From NCBI GenBank assembly GCA_964655855.1, contig CAZZPE010000002.1, positions 89,076 to 153,075 of the forward strand: a stretch of DNA of 64,000 nt, read 5' to 3'. This stretch comes from an uncultured Bifidobacteriaceae bacterium. GTDB lineage: Bacteria; Verrucomicrobiota; Verrucomicrobiia; Limisphaerales; UBA11358. Below, in pieces: positions 39,708 to 48,961 of the stretch; position 1 is the stretch's first letter, and every line of letters starts with the position of its first letter. The notes under the pieces are model-generated. The model made no database searches, was not told the origin of the DNA, and saw nothing but the letters and a program-made list of their open reading frames with translations. The translations under genes and the position numbers were made by a program.

Positions 39708-40472
39708 ATGACAAAGCGCTCCGATCTAAAACCGAAGAAAAAAGAAAGAGTGTGCGTGTTACTGGAACGAGCTGGAATTAAGGTTGTAAGAAACCAATAT
39801 TTTCTGTCTGAATGGGCTTATGTTGAATCAGGGAGGGTTGCTGTCCTAAATTTTTGGTTCGCGCAAATGAAGCAACGAGGTCAGGACATTGTTTTTAATA
39901 AGAATTTCCTTGAAGCCTACGACGCGAGAGGGAAGAGGAATCAAGCCAGAGTAAAACAAGCGATTAGAGAAAAACTTCCAATTCGCATTATTGTTCTGGA
40001 TGGAAAGATGGGCAGTCCCAAGGGAAGCATTGTTTCCAAAAGGCAATTGGATCCAGCCATTTGGCGTGTGACTGCTGTTGACCAAAAAACTGGTGATTAC
40101 ACTTTGACGCGAGTAGCAGAAATGGAGAATGCCATTGATGACCTGTCGGCTCCTCCAGAGGGAAATCAGTTTCCAGATAGGGCAAGCGTCGTTGTCCAAG
40201 CCATAAAACGTGATAATCGAGTAAGGGCACACGCGATTAAACGTGCGAGAGGAAAATGCGAATATTGCAATGTTCAGGGTTTTGCTACAACAAACGGTCG
40301 CTTCTATGTGGAAGCCCATCACATTATTGCGCTATGCGATGCGGGACGCGACACGGTTGACAATGTGATTGCGCTTTGTCCACAGCACCACCGGCAAGCA
40401 CATTACGGTAAAGATGCGGAATCTCTGGAGTCGGAATTCATCAAGATTTTAGAGAAGTTGAACAAGAAATAA
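39708..40472 (+). CDS. HNH endonuclease with an uncharacterised about 170-aa N-terminal domain
   Basis: C-terminal CEYC...EAHHIIALCDAGRDTVDNVIALCPQHHRQAH (HNH/McrA-like). AT-rich. gggaaagga Shine-Dalgarno. Confidence 0.75.
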   Translation: MTKRSDLKPKKKERVCVLLERAGIKVVRNQYFLSEWAYVESGRVAVLNFWFAQMKQRGQDIVFNKNFLEAYDARGKRNQARVKQAIREKLPIRIIVLDGKMGSPKGSIVSKRQLDPAIWRVTAVDQKTGDYTLTRVAEMENAIDDLSAPPEGNQFPDRASVVVQAIKRDNRVRAHAIKRARGKCEYCNVQGFATTNGRFYVEAHHIIALCDAGRDTVDNVIALCPQHHRQAHYGKDAESLESEFIKILEKLNKK

Positions 40473-40590
40473 TAGGTGTCCCGCCTTGCGCCCGCCCCTT
40501 TCCGTGGTGCTGCGCTTCCGCCTGCGTTTCACTTCCGCCTTCATCCGGTTTCGACGAGACGTTTTGGGGAGCACATGCCTCGCGCGTGTC

Positions 40591-40633
40591 GTTTTCGGCG
40601 TCGCGCCGAAAACCTCGTCCGGCAAACTTGCCG
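40591..40633. repeat. Two GC-rich hairpins adjoining array 2
   Basis: gttttcggcg-tcg-cgccgaaaac (10-bp stem) and cggcaa-ac-ttgccg. Confidence 0.7.
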
Positions 40634-40676
40634 CTGCATTTCAAACAAAACTGGCTTTTGTTCAGAATAACCGATT

Positions 40677-41000
40677 TTGGGGGATTCTTACATAAATCCA
40701 TGACGAAGGAACATTGATGTTCCATAGATTAACATCAATCCATGTCAGGTTAATGTTCATTCGTTGTAAAAGAATGTTCCTTTGCCACGGATTAATCTTC
40801 TTTCGCTTAAGAGGATATTCGTTCGTCACGGTTTAACATTCGGATGCGATAAATGAATGTTCTTCCATCGTAAAAGAACATTCTCCCGTGACGGATTGAT
40901 GTTCTCCTGTCATGGATTTACGTGATTTTTGGTTCGCGGATGATCCTCCAACCACGGCTTTTCCTGATTTTCTAAAACCGGGTCACGGGTTTCTCCCTTT
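40677..41000. repeat. Degenerate about 21-bp tandem array, AT-rich, about 14-16 units (array 2)
   Basis: Units such as cacggattaatcttctttcg / cacggtttaacattcggatg / catcgtaaaagaacattctcc / cgtgacggattgatgttctcc / tgtcatggatttacgtgattttt. Recurrent GGATT...TTCTCC core. Confidence 0.65.
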
Positions 41001-41131
41001 CCGTGGTGCTGCGCCGTGCCTTCGCCTTCGTCCGCGTGCGCCGCAGGCTTGTCAATTCCAACCATCGGACAGGCTGTGGAGGGATTTTGCTCCGGTAAAA
41101 ACCCTTGAGGGAAATTCGCAAATCTGCTTTT

Positions 41132-43213
41132 ATGCGCGCTTTGAATTCCATGAACAGTCGTTGGGCGGCCATCGTCACAGCAACCCTTCTTGCTTTTGCC
41201 AGCCTTGTCATCGCATGGCAGTTTCGGCATTACAATGATACTGGCGTGGAGAATTGGTTTTCGTCCCTGGGACACACCTATCTTCGAGGGAAACAATTGT
41301 CGGCGATTACCGACATAGTGGAGCGGGAAAGACAAATCACACCGGCGGCCGCAGGGGTCAGACAAATTGATTTAATGTATCCAAAGGATGCGCGCATTTT
41401 CATGATGGACATGATCGGCCCCACCAACTACGACAAGATTGGATATTATTTTTGGGCAACCTATTACCTCTTCCCGCGTGAAATCGGGACAAGTCTGGAT
41501 CACGTAACCCGGCAAACCAAGGACGGCTTTGTCGGCACAACATCCGACTCCATTCAGGAAATTCTTTCCAACGGATATGATGTCAGGATGATGGTGCTGG
41601 ACAAGAACACGAGCGGTTTTCAGCCACTTCGGAACATGCCCATTGGACAGCCGGCCAACCCGGACTGGTTTGGCTCGAAACACGACCTGGTCGTCGCGTT
41701 TTTGCTTCCATTGCTGACGGCGTTTGCGGGAATATGGTTGTTCCGTTTTTTCTTTTCCACATTGGACGGGCGGATGGCGTTTTTCGAACAACTGGCCTGC
41801 GGCCTGGGTTTGGGAATGATGGCTGTGGCGGCGCTTACATTGGGCATCAAACTTTGTGGTTTTCACGGACGCGGGCTGATTCTCGTTGTCACCGCCCTTG
41901 GCGCAACTGCCGAAATATGGCGCGATCGCAGAGTGCTTTTGACAAAGATAACCGACAGTTTCAGGGCGCTGTTTCGCAATCCCATTACGGCAGCCTGCGT
42001 GATAATCGGCCTGTTTGTGTTTGCGATCCTGTTCCATATCGCCGGTCTGCAGGGACTTACCGACCCCGACGCGATGAGGTGGATGCTCAAGGCGAAGATG
42101 ATTCATCTCTACACCGGGCATGAACTGGTGCAGTGGTTTTCCAACCCCGCGCTGGCACATGCGCACCTCGACTATCCGACGCTCGTGCCTTCGCTGCATT
42201 CAGCCACGTATGATTCCATCGGTCATGTGGATGAGTTCGTCACAAAGTTCTGGCCCACCTGGATGCTGCTGTTTCTTCTGATCGCCCTGGCTTCGGCGAT
42301 CCGCATCGGGAACGGCTGGTTTCATGCCGCGCCATTTGCGCTCCTGGGGTTTCTGCTGTTGCCGGCCACGCAGCAATATGTCCAGTGGGAAGGCAGCACC
42401 ATGCCGATGATTTTCTTTACGATCATGGGCTTCATGCAATGCGCCATCTATCTGGCCGGAAAAGACCGCGCCCGGCTTGGACTTGGGCTGACGCTATTGT
42501 TCGGGGCGGCCATGACAAAGTTCGAGGGCAGTATATTTCTGGCGCTGGTGGGAGGCTGGATTTTGCTGCTGCCGTCGGCCCGACCCTCGTTGAAACTGTC
42601 GCCACGCCTCTGGCTGGCGGTGGTGTTCTGTTTTCTGGCGGCCCTGCCTTTTGTCTGCCTGCGTTTTCAAATACCCACATTGAACTACGAATCGAGTTCG
42701 GTTGGCGACGTGCTGCACCACCCGGCCACGTTCTTTTCAACCCTTGCGGATTTGCCCCGCCTCTTGCTGATTGAGTTTGCGCGATTGTTTGTGAATCCCG
42801 ACTTTGCAAACTGGAATGGTGAAGGCGGTCAGCTTCATTGGATCGGCAAATGGGCCGGCCTTTCTTCGCTGTATAATCCTTCCACGCTTGGGGTGGCGTG
42901 GCTGTGCCTGTTGATGACGATCACACTTTGGTTTTCCGTTCCATCACGACGCCAGGTGATCGCATGGACACTCGCAATGTTTGTCGGCGCCACGTTTGCG
43001 TTATGCGGTGTTTTCACAACCTTTGTCAGCATCCACAGCTTGAGCGATGTGATTGGTTATACCAACGATGGAGCGGGTGGACGATATCTTCTCCCGGTGT
43101 TGCTGGCATGGTTTACGACAATGACCATGCTTTTTTCCGAGGCGGAAAGGGCTGCTCAGAAACCCGCCACCGCCACCGCCCGCATCGTGGGAAAAAAGCG
43201 CAAACGCCGGTAG
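41132..43213 (+). CDS. Large polytopic membrane protein, function unknown
   Basis: At least 12 hydrophobic helices over about 690 aa. No diagnostic motif. Start uncertain (TTG 41105 or ATG 41132). Confidence 0.5.
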   Translation: MRALNSMNSRWAAIVTATLLAFASLVIAWQFRHYNDTGVENWFSSLGHTYLRGKQLSAITDIVERERQITPAAAGVRQIDLMYPKDARIFMMDMIGPTNYDKIGYYFWATYYLFPREIGTSLDHVTRQTKDGFVGTTSDSIQEILSNGYDVRMMVLDKNTSGFQPLRNMPIGQPANPDWFGSKHDLVVAFLLPLLTAFAGIWLFRFFFSTLDGRMAFFEQLACGLGLGMMAVAALTLGIKLCGFHGRGLILVVTALGATAEIWRDRRVLLTKITDSFRALFRNPITAACVIIGLFVFAILFHIAGLQGLTDPDAMRWMLKAKMIHLYTGHELVQWFSNPALAHAHLDYPTLVPSLHSATYDSIGHVDEFVTKFWPTWMLLFLLIALASAIRIGNGWFHAAPFALLGFLLLPATQQYVQWEGSTMPMIFFTIMGFMQCAIYLAGKDRARLGLGLTLLFGAAMTKFEGSIFLALVGGWILLLPSARPSLKLSPRLWLAVVFCFLAALPFVCLRFQIPTLNYESSSVGDVLHHPATFFSTLADLPRLLLIEFARLFVNPDFANWNGEGGQLHWIGKWAGLSSLYNPSTLGVAWLCLLMTITLWFSVPSRRQVIAWTLAMFVGATFALCGVFTTFVSIHSLSDVIGYTNDGAGGRYLLPVLLAWFTTMTMLFSEAERAAQKPATATARIVGKKRKRR

Positions 43214-43455
43214 AATGTTTCATCTGCAATCCTGCGATGACGAGTTTTGGTCTGAAGCGGCCCGGTTTTCACCGATGGGCAGAGCTCGCACGCATCAAAA
43301 CATTCTGAACGGAAACGCTCAAACTGCCGATTCAACCGTCGCGGCGGGTGCTGCGCCGCGCCTTCGCCTCCAGTGTCGGTCCGACAACCGGTTTCAATTT
43401 TCATTCGTCATTGACAAGGCCGGATTCAGGTGGAAAATCGGAATCCTATTTGACT

Positions 43456-44064
43456 ATGAAAGCTGTTGCCATCAATGGAAGTCCGCGAAAGGGCGGAAAC
43501 ACTGAAATTCTTTTGAAACAGGTGCTGGCGCCGCTGGCCGCCGCCGGCTGGGAAACCGAGTTCGTCCAGATCGGCGGCGCGAACATCCGCGGCTGCCAGG
43601 CCTGTTATTCGTGCTTCAAAAAGAAAAACGTCCAGTGCAGCCAGAAGGACGATGCGTTCAACCCGTGCTTCAAGAAAATGGCCGCGGCGGACGCGATCAT
43701 CCTCGGCTCGCCAACCTATTTCACGGACGTGAGCGCGGAAATGAAGGCGCTGCTGGATCGCGCCGGGCTGGTGGCGCTGGCCAACGGCGGGTTGTTCCAG
43801 GGGAAAATCGGCGCGGCGGTGGTGGCGGTGCGGCGCGGCGGCGGCACGCACGCATTTGACTCGATGAACCACATGTTCCTCATGTCTGGCGCGATTGTGC
43901 CGGGGTCAACATATTGGAATCTCGGCTATGGCCGGGAAAAGGGCGAGGTGTCCAAGGACGACGAGGCGGCGCGCAACATGAAGGATCTGGGCCAGACCAT
44001 CGCCTGGCTGGGCGCGGCGCTCCAACACGCCGGGAGCCGCCCCGCGATGCCGTCCCGCGAATAA
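43456..44064 (+). CDS. Flavodoxin-like NADPH-dependent FMN reductase / iron-sulfur flavoprotein
   Basis: MKAVAINGSPRKGGNTE...GSPTYFTDVSAEMKALLDR, with a CxxCxxC-like cluster (CQACYSC). Confidence 0.75.
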   Translation: MKAVAINGSPRKGGNTEILLKQVLAPLAAAGWETEFVQIGGANIRGCQACYSCFKKKNVQCSQKDDAFNPCFKKMAAADAIILGSPTYFTDVSAEMKALLDRAGLVALANGGLFQGKIGAAVVAVRRGGGTHAFDSMNHMFLMSGAIVPGSTYWNLGYGREKGEVSKDDEAARNMKDLGQTIAWLGAALQHAGSRPAMPSRE

Positions 44065-44153
44065 TCCGCCGCCGCTGGCCGCGTTTATTTGACCGCCTGC
44101 GGGAAGGGTTGCCCGCCGAAAAAATTCGCGCTGAAAATTCTTTTCGCTAAACT

Positions 44154-45182
44154 TTGCGTGTGGCAAACCCGTTCATCCATTGGATTGAGGCCCGGGGACC
44201 TTATGCGCCGTGGCTGTTTCTGGCGGTGTTCCTCGCGGCGTCGTTTCTGATGCTCTGGCGGCTGGAGGTTTTGAGCGCCAAGGGTTTTGAGGGCACGGTG
44301 CTCGGCACGCTGGTGATGCCGTATTGCACGGGCATGGGCAACCTCATCTTCGCCTTCATCCTCGGCCGCAACGGCGGCTCCGGCGCGGACGTGATGACGA
44401 ACTCGCTGGTCAACAACGTCACGAACATGACGCTGGTGCTGGGCCTGCCGGGGGTTTTCTGGCTGACCAAGGCGCTGCTGTCGAAGGGCAAGTCCGACGG
44501 GAAAAGTCCGGCCAGAAAGAAATCCGGCGCCGCCGTCAAGACGCAGCAGTTGAACCGGCTGGCGCTGCTGCTGACGCTGACGGCCATCCTGTTTTTCACC
44601 GGCGCGGTCTGGGCGATGGGGCGCAAGGGCCGGCTGACCTTTGATGACGGGCTGGTGCTGGTGGGGCTGTTTTTGTTCTGGCAATGCTTCCACATTTTCG
44701 AAGTCCTGAAATCGAACGTGCGCCAGGGAAAGTCGTTGAGCTGGACGCTGCCGTTTGACCTGGCGCTGCTGGCCATCGGCGCGTATGCGATTTACGTCAG
44801 CACGGACCGGCTGGTGATCTGGATTTCGCACATCCACACCGGATTCATCAGCGCCCGATACATGGGCTGGTTGAGCGGCTGGCTGATGGTGCTGCCGAAT
44901 GCGATCCTGGCGGTTTATTACACCTGGCGCGGCCAGCCGGAAACGGTTTATGCCTCGCAGGTTGGCGACTGTCACGTCTCAATTCCGCTGTGCCTCGGCG
45001 TCTATGCGCTCTATCACACGATGGCGATGCCGCCGGTTTTCCATGTGGCGATGTTCATCCTGCTGGGCGCGACGCTGGTGCATTTTTTCTTCGTGACGGT
45101 TCTGGGACGGCTGCCGTGGTTCGCGGGCGTGGCGCTGGTCATCGCCTACGGCTATTTTCTGTGGAAGGGATTGCTGGGGTGA
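44154..45182 (+). CDS. Divergent CaCA (sodium/calcium exchanger)-like membrane protein
   Basis: Two internally related halves with alpha-repeat-like segments (VNNVTNMTLVLGL; GDCHVSIPLCLGV). Weak. Confidence 0.45.
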   Translation: MRVANPFIHWIEARGPYAPWLFLAVFLAASFLMLWRLEVLSAKGFEGTVLGTLVMPYCTGMGNLIFAFILGRNGGSGADVMTNSLVNNVTNMTLVLGLPGVFWLTKALLSKGKSDGKSPARKKSGAAVKTQQLNRLALLLTLTAILFFTGAVWAMGRKGRLTFDDGLVLVGLFLFWQCFHIFEVLKSNVRQGKSLSWTLPFDLALLAIGAYAIYVSTDRLVIWISHIHTGFISARYMGWLSGWLMVLPNAILAVYYTWRGQPETVYASQVGDCHVSIPLCLGVYALYHTMAMPPVFHVAMFILLGATLVHFFFVTVLGRLPWFAGVALVIAYGYFLWKGLLG

Positions 45183-45236
45183 TGGCGTTAAATCGTTTAT
45201 GCGCGCACGCCAAATGCCGATTCAACGATGTAACGT

Positions 45237-45740
45237 TCAGCCTTTCTTAAAAGACTTCGTGTCGTCGCCGGTGCCGGTGATCGGATTGGCGCGGAACTTG
45301 TCGCCCAATCCGGCAAAAGGCTCCTGCGCCATGAGCCAGCGCGGATTTTTGGCGATGGTGTCCATGCTTTCGCGCGTATTGTTGCAAATCAGATAAAGCG
45401 CCCGCCCCAGAACCATGAACGATTCAAAGCCGGTGCCGGTGCCGTGACGGGCAAATTCAAAATCGCCAGTGCCATAATCCGCGTTGAGCAGTCCCGCGCG
45501 CAGGGTGCCGAGATCCTTTGCGAAGTTTGCCATGAAGTCGTCATGACGAGGGCCGACGTAGGCCAGCACGCGCGCCTTGTTGTCCAGCAGCGAGATCACC
45601 GCCCACTCGTCGAAGACGATCCGCCCGTAGCGCGCGTCCATTTGAGCGGCGCATGCCTTGATCTGAACGATGGCTTCTTCAAGCGTCACGGTTCTTTTTT
45701 TGGCCGCGCAGAGCAAAGCAGCAAAGCGCGGCGGATACAA
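45237..45740 (-). CDS. Hypothetical protein
   Basis: 167-aa ORF, no recognisable motif. Confidence 0.4.
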   Translation of the reverse strand: MYPPRFAALLCAAKKRTVTLEEAIVQIKACAAQMDARYGRIVFDEWAVISLLDNKARVLAYVGPRHDDFMANFAKDLGTLRAGLLNADYGTGDFEFARHGTGTGFESFMVLGRALYLICNNTRESMDTIAKNPRWLMAQEPFAGLGDKFRANPITGTGDDTKSFKKG

Positions 45741-45803
45741 GGCAATTTAATTTGCTGCACCGACGGCGGAAAATCCATAGGATGCCGCCGCCGGTTTTCG
45801 CCC

Positions 45804-46634
45804 ATGCCATTTGAATCAAACACGGACAGCATCGCCGCCCGAAAACTGGCGCGGTGGGAGCGCCGCCTTTTCAACATCCTGTTTCTCGCTGCCTACGCGC
45901 TGGTGCTGGCGCAACTCTGGCGGACGATTCATCTGCCCGGCAAATCCGGCTGGCCGGAGGCAGTGCTGCTGTTGCTGGCGACCGCGAGCACCCTCGCGGC
46001 GCTGGCGCGGCATCTGCCGCTGCAAAATGTCCTCTCCACGGCATTGTTCATCGGGCTTGCCGGCGGCGCGGCGACCCGGCTCGATTTGAAAACCGGCATT
46101 CCGTTCGGCCAGCTCACCCCCGGCGGCAACGCCGGGCCGGCATTTGGCCAAACGCTGCCGTGGGCGGTGCCGCTGATCTGGGTCGTGGCGATTTTTAACT
46201 CGCGTGGCACGGCGCGGCTCATTCTGCGTCCCTGGCGCAAAACTCGCGCCTACGGCTTCTGGCTCATCGGCCTCACAACCGGACTGACAGTGCTGTTCGA
46301 CCTGGCGTTCGAGCCGTTCGCGTCGCGGGTGAAACATTACTGGTTTTGGGAACCGACAAAATTTCCGCTCGACTGGCAGGGCGTGCCGCTGGTGAACTTC
46401 CTGGGCTGGGCGGTCGTGACGCTGCTGATCCTCGCGTTCGCCACGCCGATGCTGATCAACAAGCAGCCGCACAAAAGGCTTCCGCCGGATTTCCATCCGC
46501 TCCGGGTCTGGCTCGGCGGGATTCTGCTTTTCGCCGTCGCCACCGCGTTGAACCGGCTTTGGGCGGCGGCGGCGGTGGACGCGGCCATCGGAATTGTCAC
46601 GGCGGTTTTTGCGGTTCGCGGCGCGCGGTGGTGA
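45804..46634 (+). CDS. Polytopic membrane protein (DUF422/carotenoid-biosynthesis-protein-like)
   Basis: About 7 helices. Start set at ATG 45804. Family assignment tentative. Confidence 0.4.
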   Translation: MPFESNTDSIAARKLARWERRLFNILFLAAYALVLAQLWRTIHLPGKSGWPEAVLLLLATASTLAALARHLPLQNVLSTALFIGLAGGAATRLDLKTGIPFGQLTPGGNAGPAFGQTLPWAVPLIWVVAIFNSRGTARLILRPWRKTRAYGFWLIGLTTGLTVLFDLAFEPFASRVKHYWFWEPTKFPLDWQGVPLVNFLGWAVVTLLILAFATPMLINKQPHKRLPPDFHPLRVWLGGILLFAVATALNRLWAAAAVDAAIGIVTAVFAVRGARW

Positions 46635-46642
46635 GGCAACCG

Positions 46643-47974
46643 CTAAATCTCCGGCCCCGGCGGCTCGGCTTGTTTGGTGATTTTCAGCCGCGCCACGCGC
46701 GGGCCGTCCATTTCCTCGACGTGCAATTCGCAATTCCCCACCGTCAATGAATCGCCGGTCTTCGGAAACCCGCCGAGCCTCTGCGTGACCCAGCCGCTCG
46801 CGGTCGCGACGCTTTCATCGTGGTGCATTTCGCCGATGATTTTTCCAAGCTCGTGAACCGGCAGCGTGCCGGCGGCTTCCCAGACATTTTCCCCGGTGCG
46901 GGCCAGCTCCGGCTTTTCCTCGTCAAACTCGTCCTGAATCTGGCCGACGAGTTCCTCGAGCACATTTTCGAGCGTCACAATGCCGACCGTGCCGCCGTAT
47001 TCGTCCACGACGAGGGCGAAATGCAGTTTCCGTTCGAGGAATAATTGCAGCAATTTTTCCAGACGCGCCGTCTCCGGCACATAAATCAGCGGACGCGCCG
47101 CCGGCAGCAAATCCGCCGCCGTCCGCGCCGTGCCGCGCAAGGCATACAAGTCCTTGATGTGAATGATGCCGCGCGTCCTGTCCAGATCGCCGCCGTCGCA
47201 CAACGGAAAGCGCGAGTAGCGCGTCCGCTCCGCGAGCGCAAGGCAGTCGGCCATCGTCGCGCCGGTGTTGATGGCGGTGATTTCGTGGCGCGGGCGCATG
47301 ATTTCGCGCGCCACGCGCTGGCGCAGATCGAGCGCGTTCAAAATCAGGTTGCGTCCGCCCGCCGTCGCGCCCTGCGGCGCCGCCGCGAGCACGAGGCGCA
47401 GTTCGTCCTCCGACGGCGCGCGGTCGCCGGGGCCGTCCAGCACGATGCCCATCCGGCGCACGAGCCAGCGCGCCGAGACGTTCAACAACCAGTTGAAGGG
47501 ATAGAAGGCGAAGTAAAACCAGTGCAGCGGCCGCGCCGCCCAAAGCGCGACCGGCAGGGTCTTTTGAATGGTCAGCCATTTGGGAACGAGTTCACCCACC
47601 ACGATGTTCAAAAAGGTGAGCACGCCGAAACCGACGGCGAAGGAAATGGAATGCTGCCAGAGAACGGACGTGACCCCCAGCGGCTCCAGCAGCGGCTCCA
47701 GCAGGGCCGTGAACACCGGCTCGCCCAGATAACCCAAACCCAGGCTGGCCATCGTCACGCCGAGCTGCGTCGCGCTCAAATACGAGTTGAGATGCCGGAC
47801 GATGTGCCGTGCCATCGCCGCGCGCTTCCAGCCCCGGGCCACCAGCGCGTCGAGCTGCGTCTCCCGGATGCGGATGAGCGCGAACTCGGCGGCGACAAAA
47901 AATCCGTTCACCAGCACCAGCACCAGCACGGTGAGGATTTTCAGGGCGATCAGAATGGCATCATGCGAGTTCAC
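46643..47974 (-). CDS. CNNM/HlyC/CorC-family transporter (DUF21-CBS pair-CorC_HlyC)
   Basis: DUF21 N-terminus (NGFFVAAEFALIRIR), CBS pair, C-terminal CorC domain (GDSLTVGNCELHVEEMDGPRVARLKI). Confidence 0.8.
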   Translation of the reverse strand: MNSHDAILIALKILTVLVLVLVNGFFVAAEFALIRIRETQLDALVARGWKRAAMARHIVRHLNSYLSATQLGVTMASLGLGYLGEPVFTALLEPLLEPLGVTSVLWQHSISFAVGFGVLTFLNIVVGELVPKWLTIQKTLPVALWAARPLHWFYFAFYPFNWLLNVSARWLVRRMGIVLDGPGDRAPSEDELRLVLAAAPQGATAGGRNLILNALDLRQRVAREIMRPRHEITAINTGATMADCLALAERTRYSRFPLCDGGDLDRTRGIIHIKDLYALRGTARTAADLLPAARPLIYVPETARLEKLLQLFLERKLHFALVVDEYGGTVGIVTLENVLEELVGQIQDEFDEEKPELARTGENVWEAAGTLPVHELGKIIGEMHHDESVATASGWVTQRLGGFPKTGDSLTVGNCELHVEEMDGPRVARLKITKQAEPPGPEI

Positions 47975-48960
47975 AATTTCATTTCGCCGAACATGACCTT
48001 CAAGATGTCTTCCAAGCTCACGACGCCCGTTTCCGCGCCGTCGCTGGCCAGCACGATGGCCAGCCGGTGACCGGCGCGCTGCATCAGGCGCAGCGCGACT
48101 TCCAGCCGCATCGTTTCATCCACAAAAAGCGCCGGCGTCATGTGTGCCGCGGCGGGTTTTTGCAGGTCCAGATCGTCGCGGAACAGCAGCGGGCCGAGCG
48201 GCAGCAGCCCGGCGATGCGCGGGCGGCCGTCGCGCATTTCCCGCACCGGCAGGCGCCAGAACCGTCGTTCGCGTCCCAGCCGGAACGCCTCGCCGAGCGG
48301 CGTCTGCGCCTCGACGCCCACCACCTGCGCCAGCGGCGTGGTGATTTGCCGCACGGTGAAATTTTGCAGGTCAAGCACGCGGTTGATCATCACGCGCTCA
48401 TCGCTGGTAAGCACCTGGGCGGATTCCTGCATGACCGAGCGCATTTCCTCGCGGCTGCCGAAGACCCGGCCCGTGAACGCCCGGCCGCCCGTCAGACGCA
48501 GCATCATTTTGGAAATGCCTTCCACCATCGCCACGAGCGGGCTTAACGCGGTGTGCAAAAGGCGGAACACCGGCGCCGCCAGCAGGCACAACTGGTTCGG
48601 ATACGCGCGGAAAAACATTTTCGGCAGCAGGTCGAACAACGCGTAGAACAGAAACACGGCGGCGGCAAAGGCCGCGGCAATCCAGACGTGATGGCCCGAC
48701 AGCGCCTCGTGCAATTGGAGCAGCGTCCAGCCCAGGATCAAAAAGTTGGCGAGCGTGTTGCCGACGAGGATCGTCCACAGGAAATTTTCCGGCCGTTCGA
48801 GAAAGCCGTGCAGCAGTTTCGCCGAGGGCTTGCCCGCGCGCGCCAGCCGCCGCACGCGCAGCCGGCTCAACGCAAACACGCCCGCCTCCATGCCCGACAG
48901 CAGAAATGACAGCAGCAGGCACAGGCACAGCACAATCCAGTTGATGATGTTTGCGTCCAT
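47971..48960 (-). CDS. CNNM-family protein (DUF21-CBS pair, no CorC_HlyC domain)
   Basis: LSGMEAGVFALSRLRVRRLA (DUF21) and a CBS region. Ends without the CorC C-terminal domain. ATGA overlap with the downstream paralog. Confidence 0.75.
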   Translation of the reverse strand: MDANIINWIVLCLCLLLSFLLSGMEAGVFALSRLRVRRLARAGKPSAKLLHGFLERPENFLWTILVGNTLANFLILGWTLLQLHEALSGHHVWIAAAFAAAVFLFYALFDLLPKMFFRAYPNQLCLLAAPVFRLLHTALSPLVAMVEGISKMMLRLTGGRAFTGRVFGSREEMRSVMQESAQVLTSDERVMINRVLDLQNFTVRQITTPLAQVVGVEAQTPLGEAFRLGRERRFWRLPVREMRDGRPRIAGLLPLGPLLFRDDLDLQKPAAAHMTPALFVDETMRLEVALRLMQRAGHRLAIVLASDGAETGVVSLEDILKVMFGEMKL

Positions 48961-48961
48961 C

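Noticed and set aside
40910-41365. ORFs 40910-41365 (-), 40912-41238 (+) and 40441-40725 (-) as small proteins in the HNH / membrane-protein spacer
   Set aside because: They consist of translated repeat units and family E direct repeats. They overlap each other and the start of the downstream membrane-protein gene.
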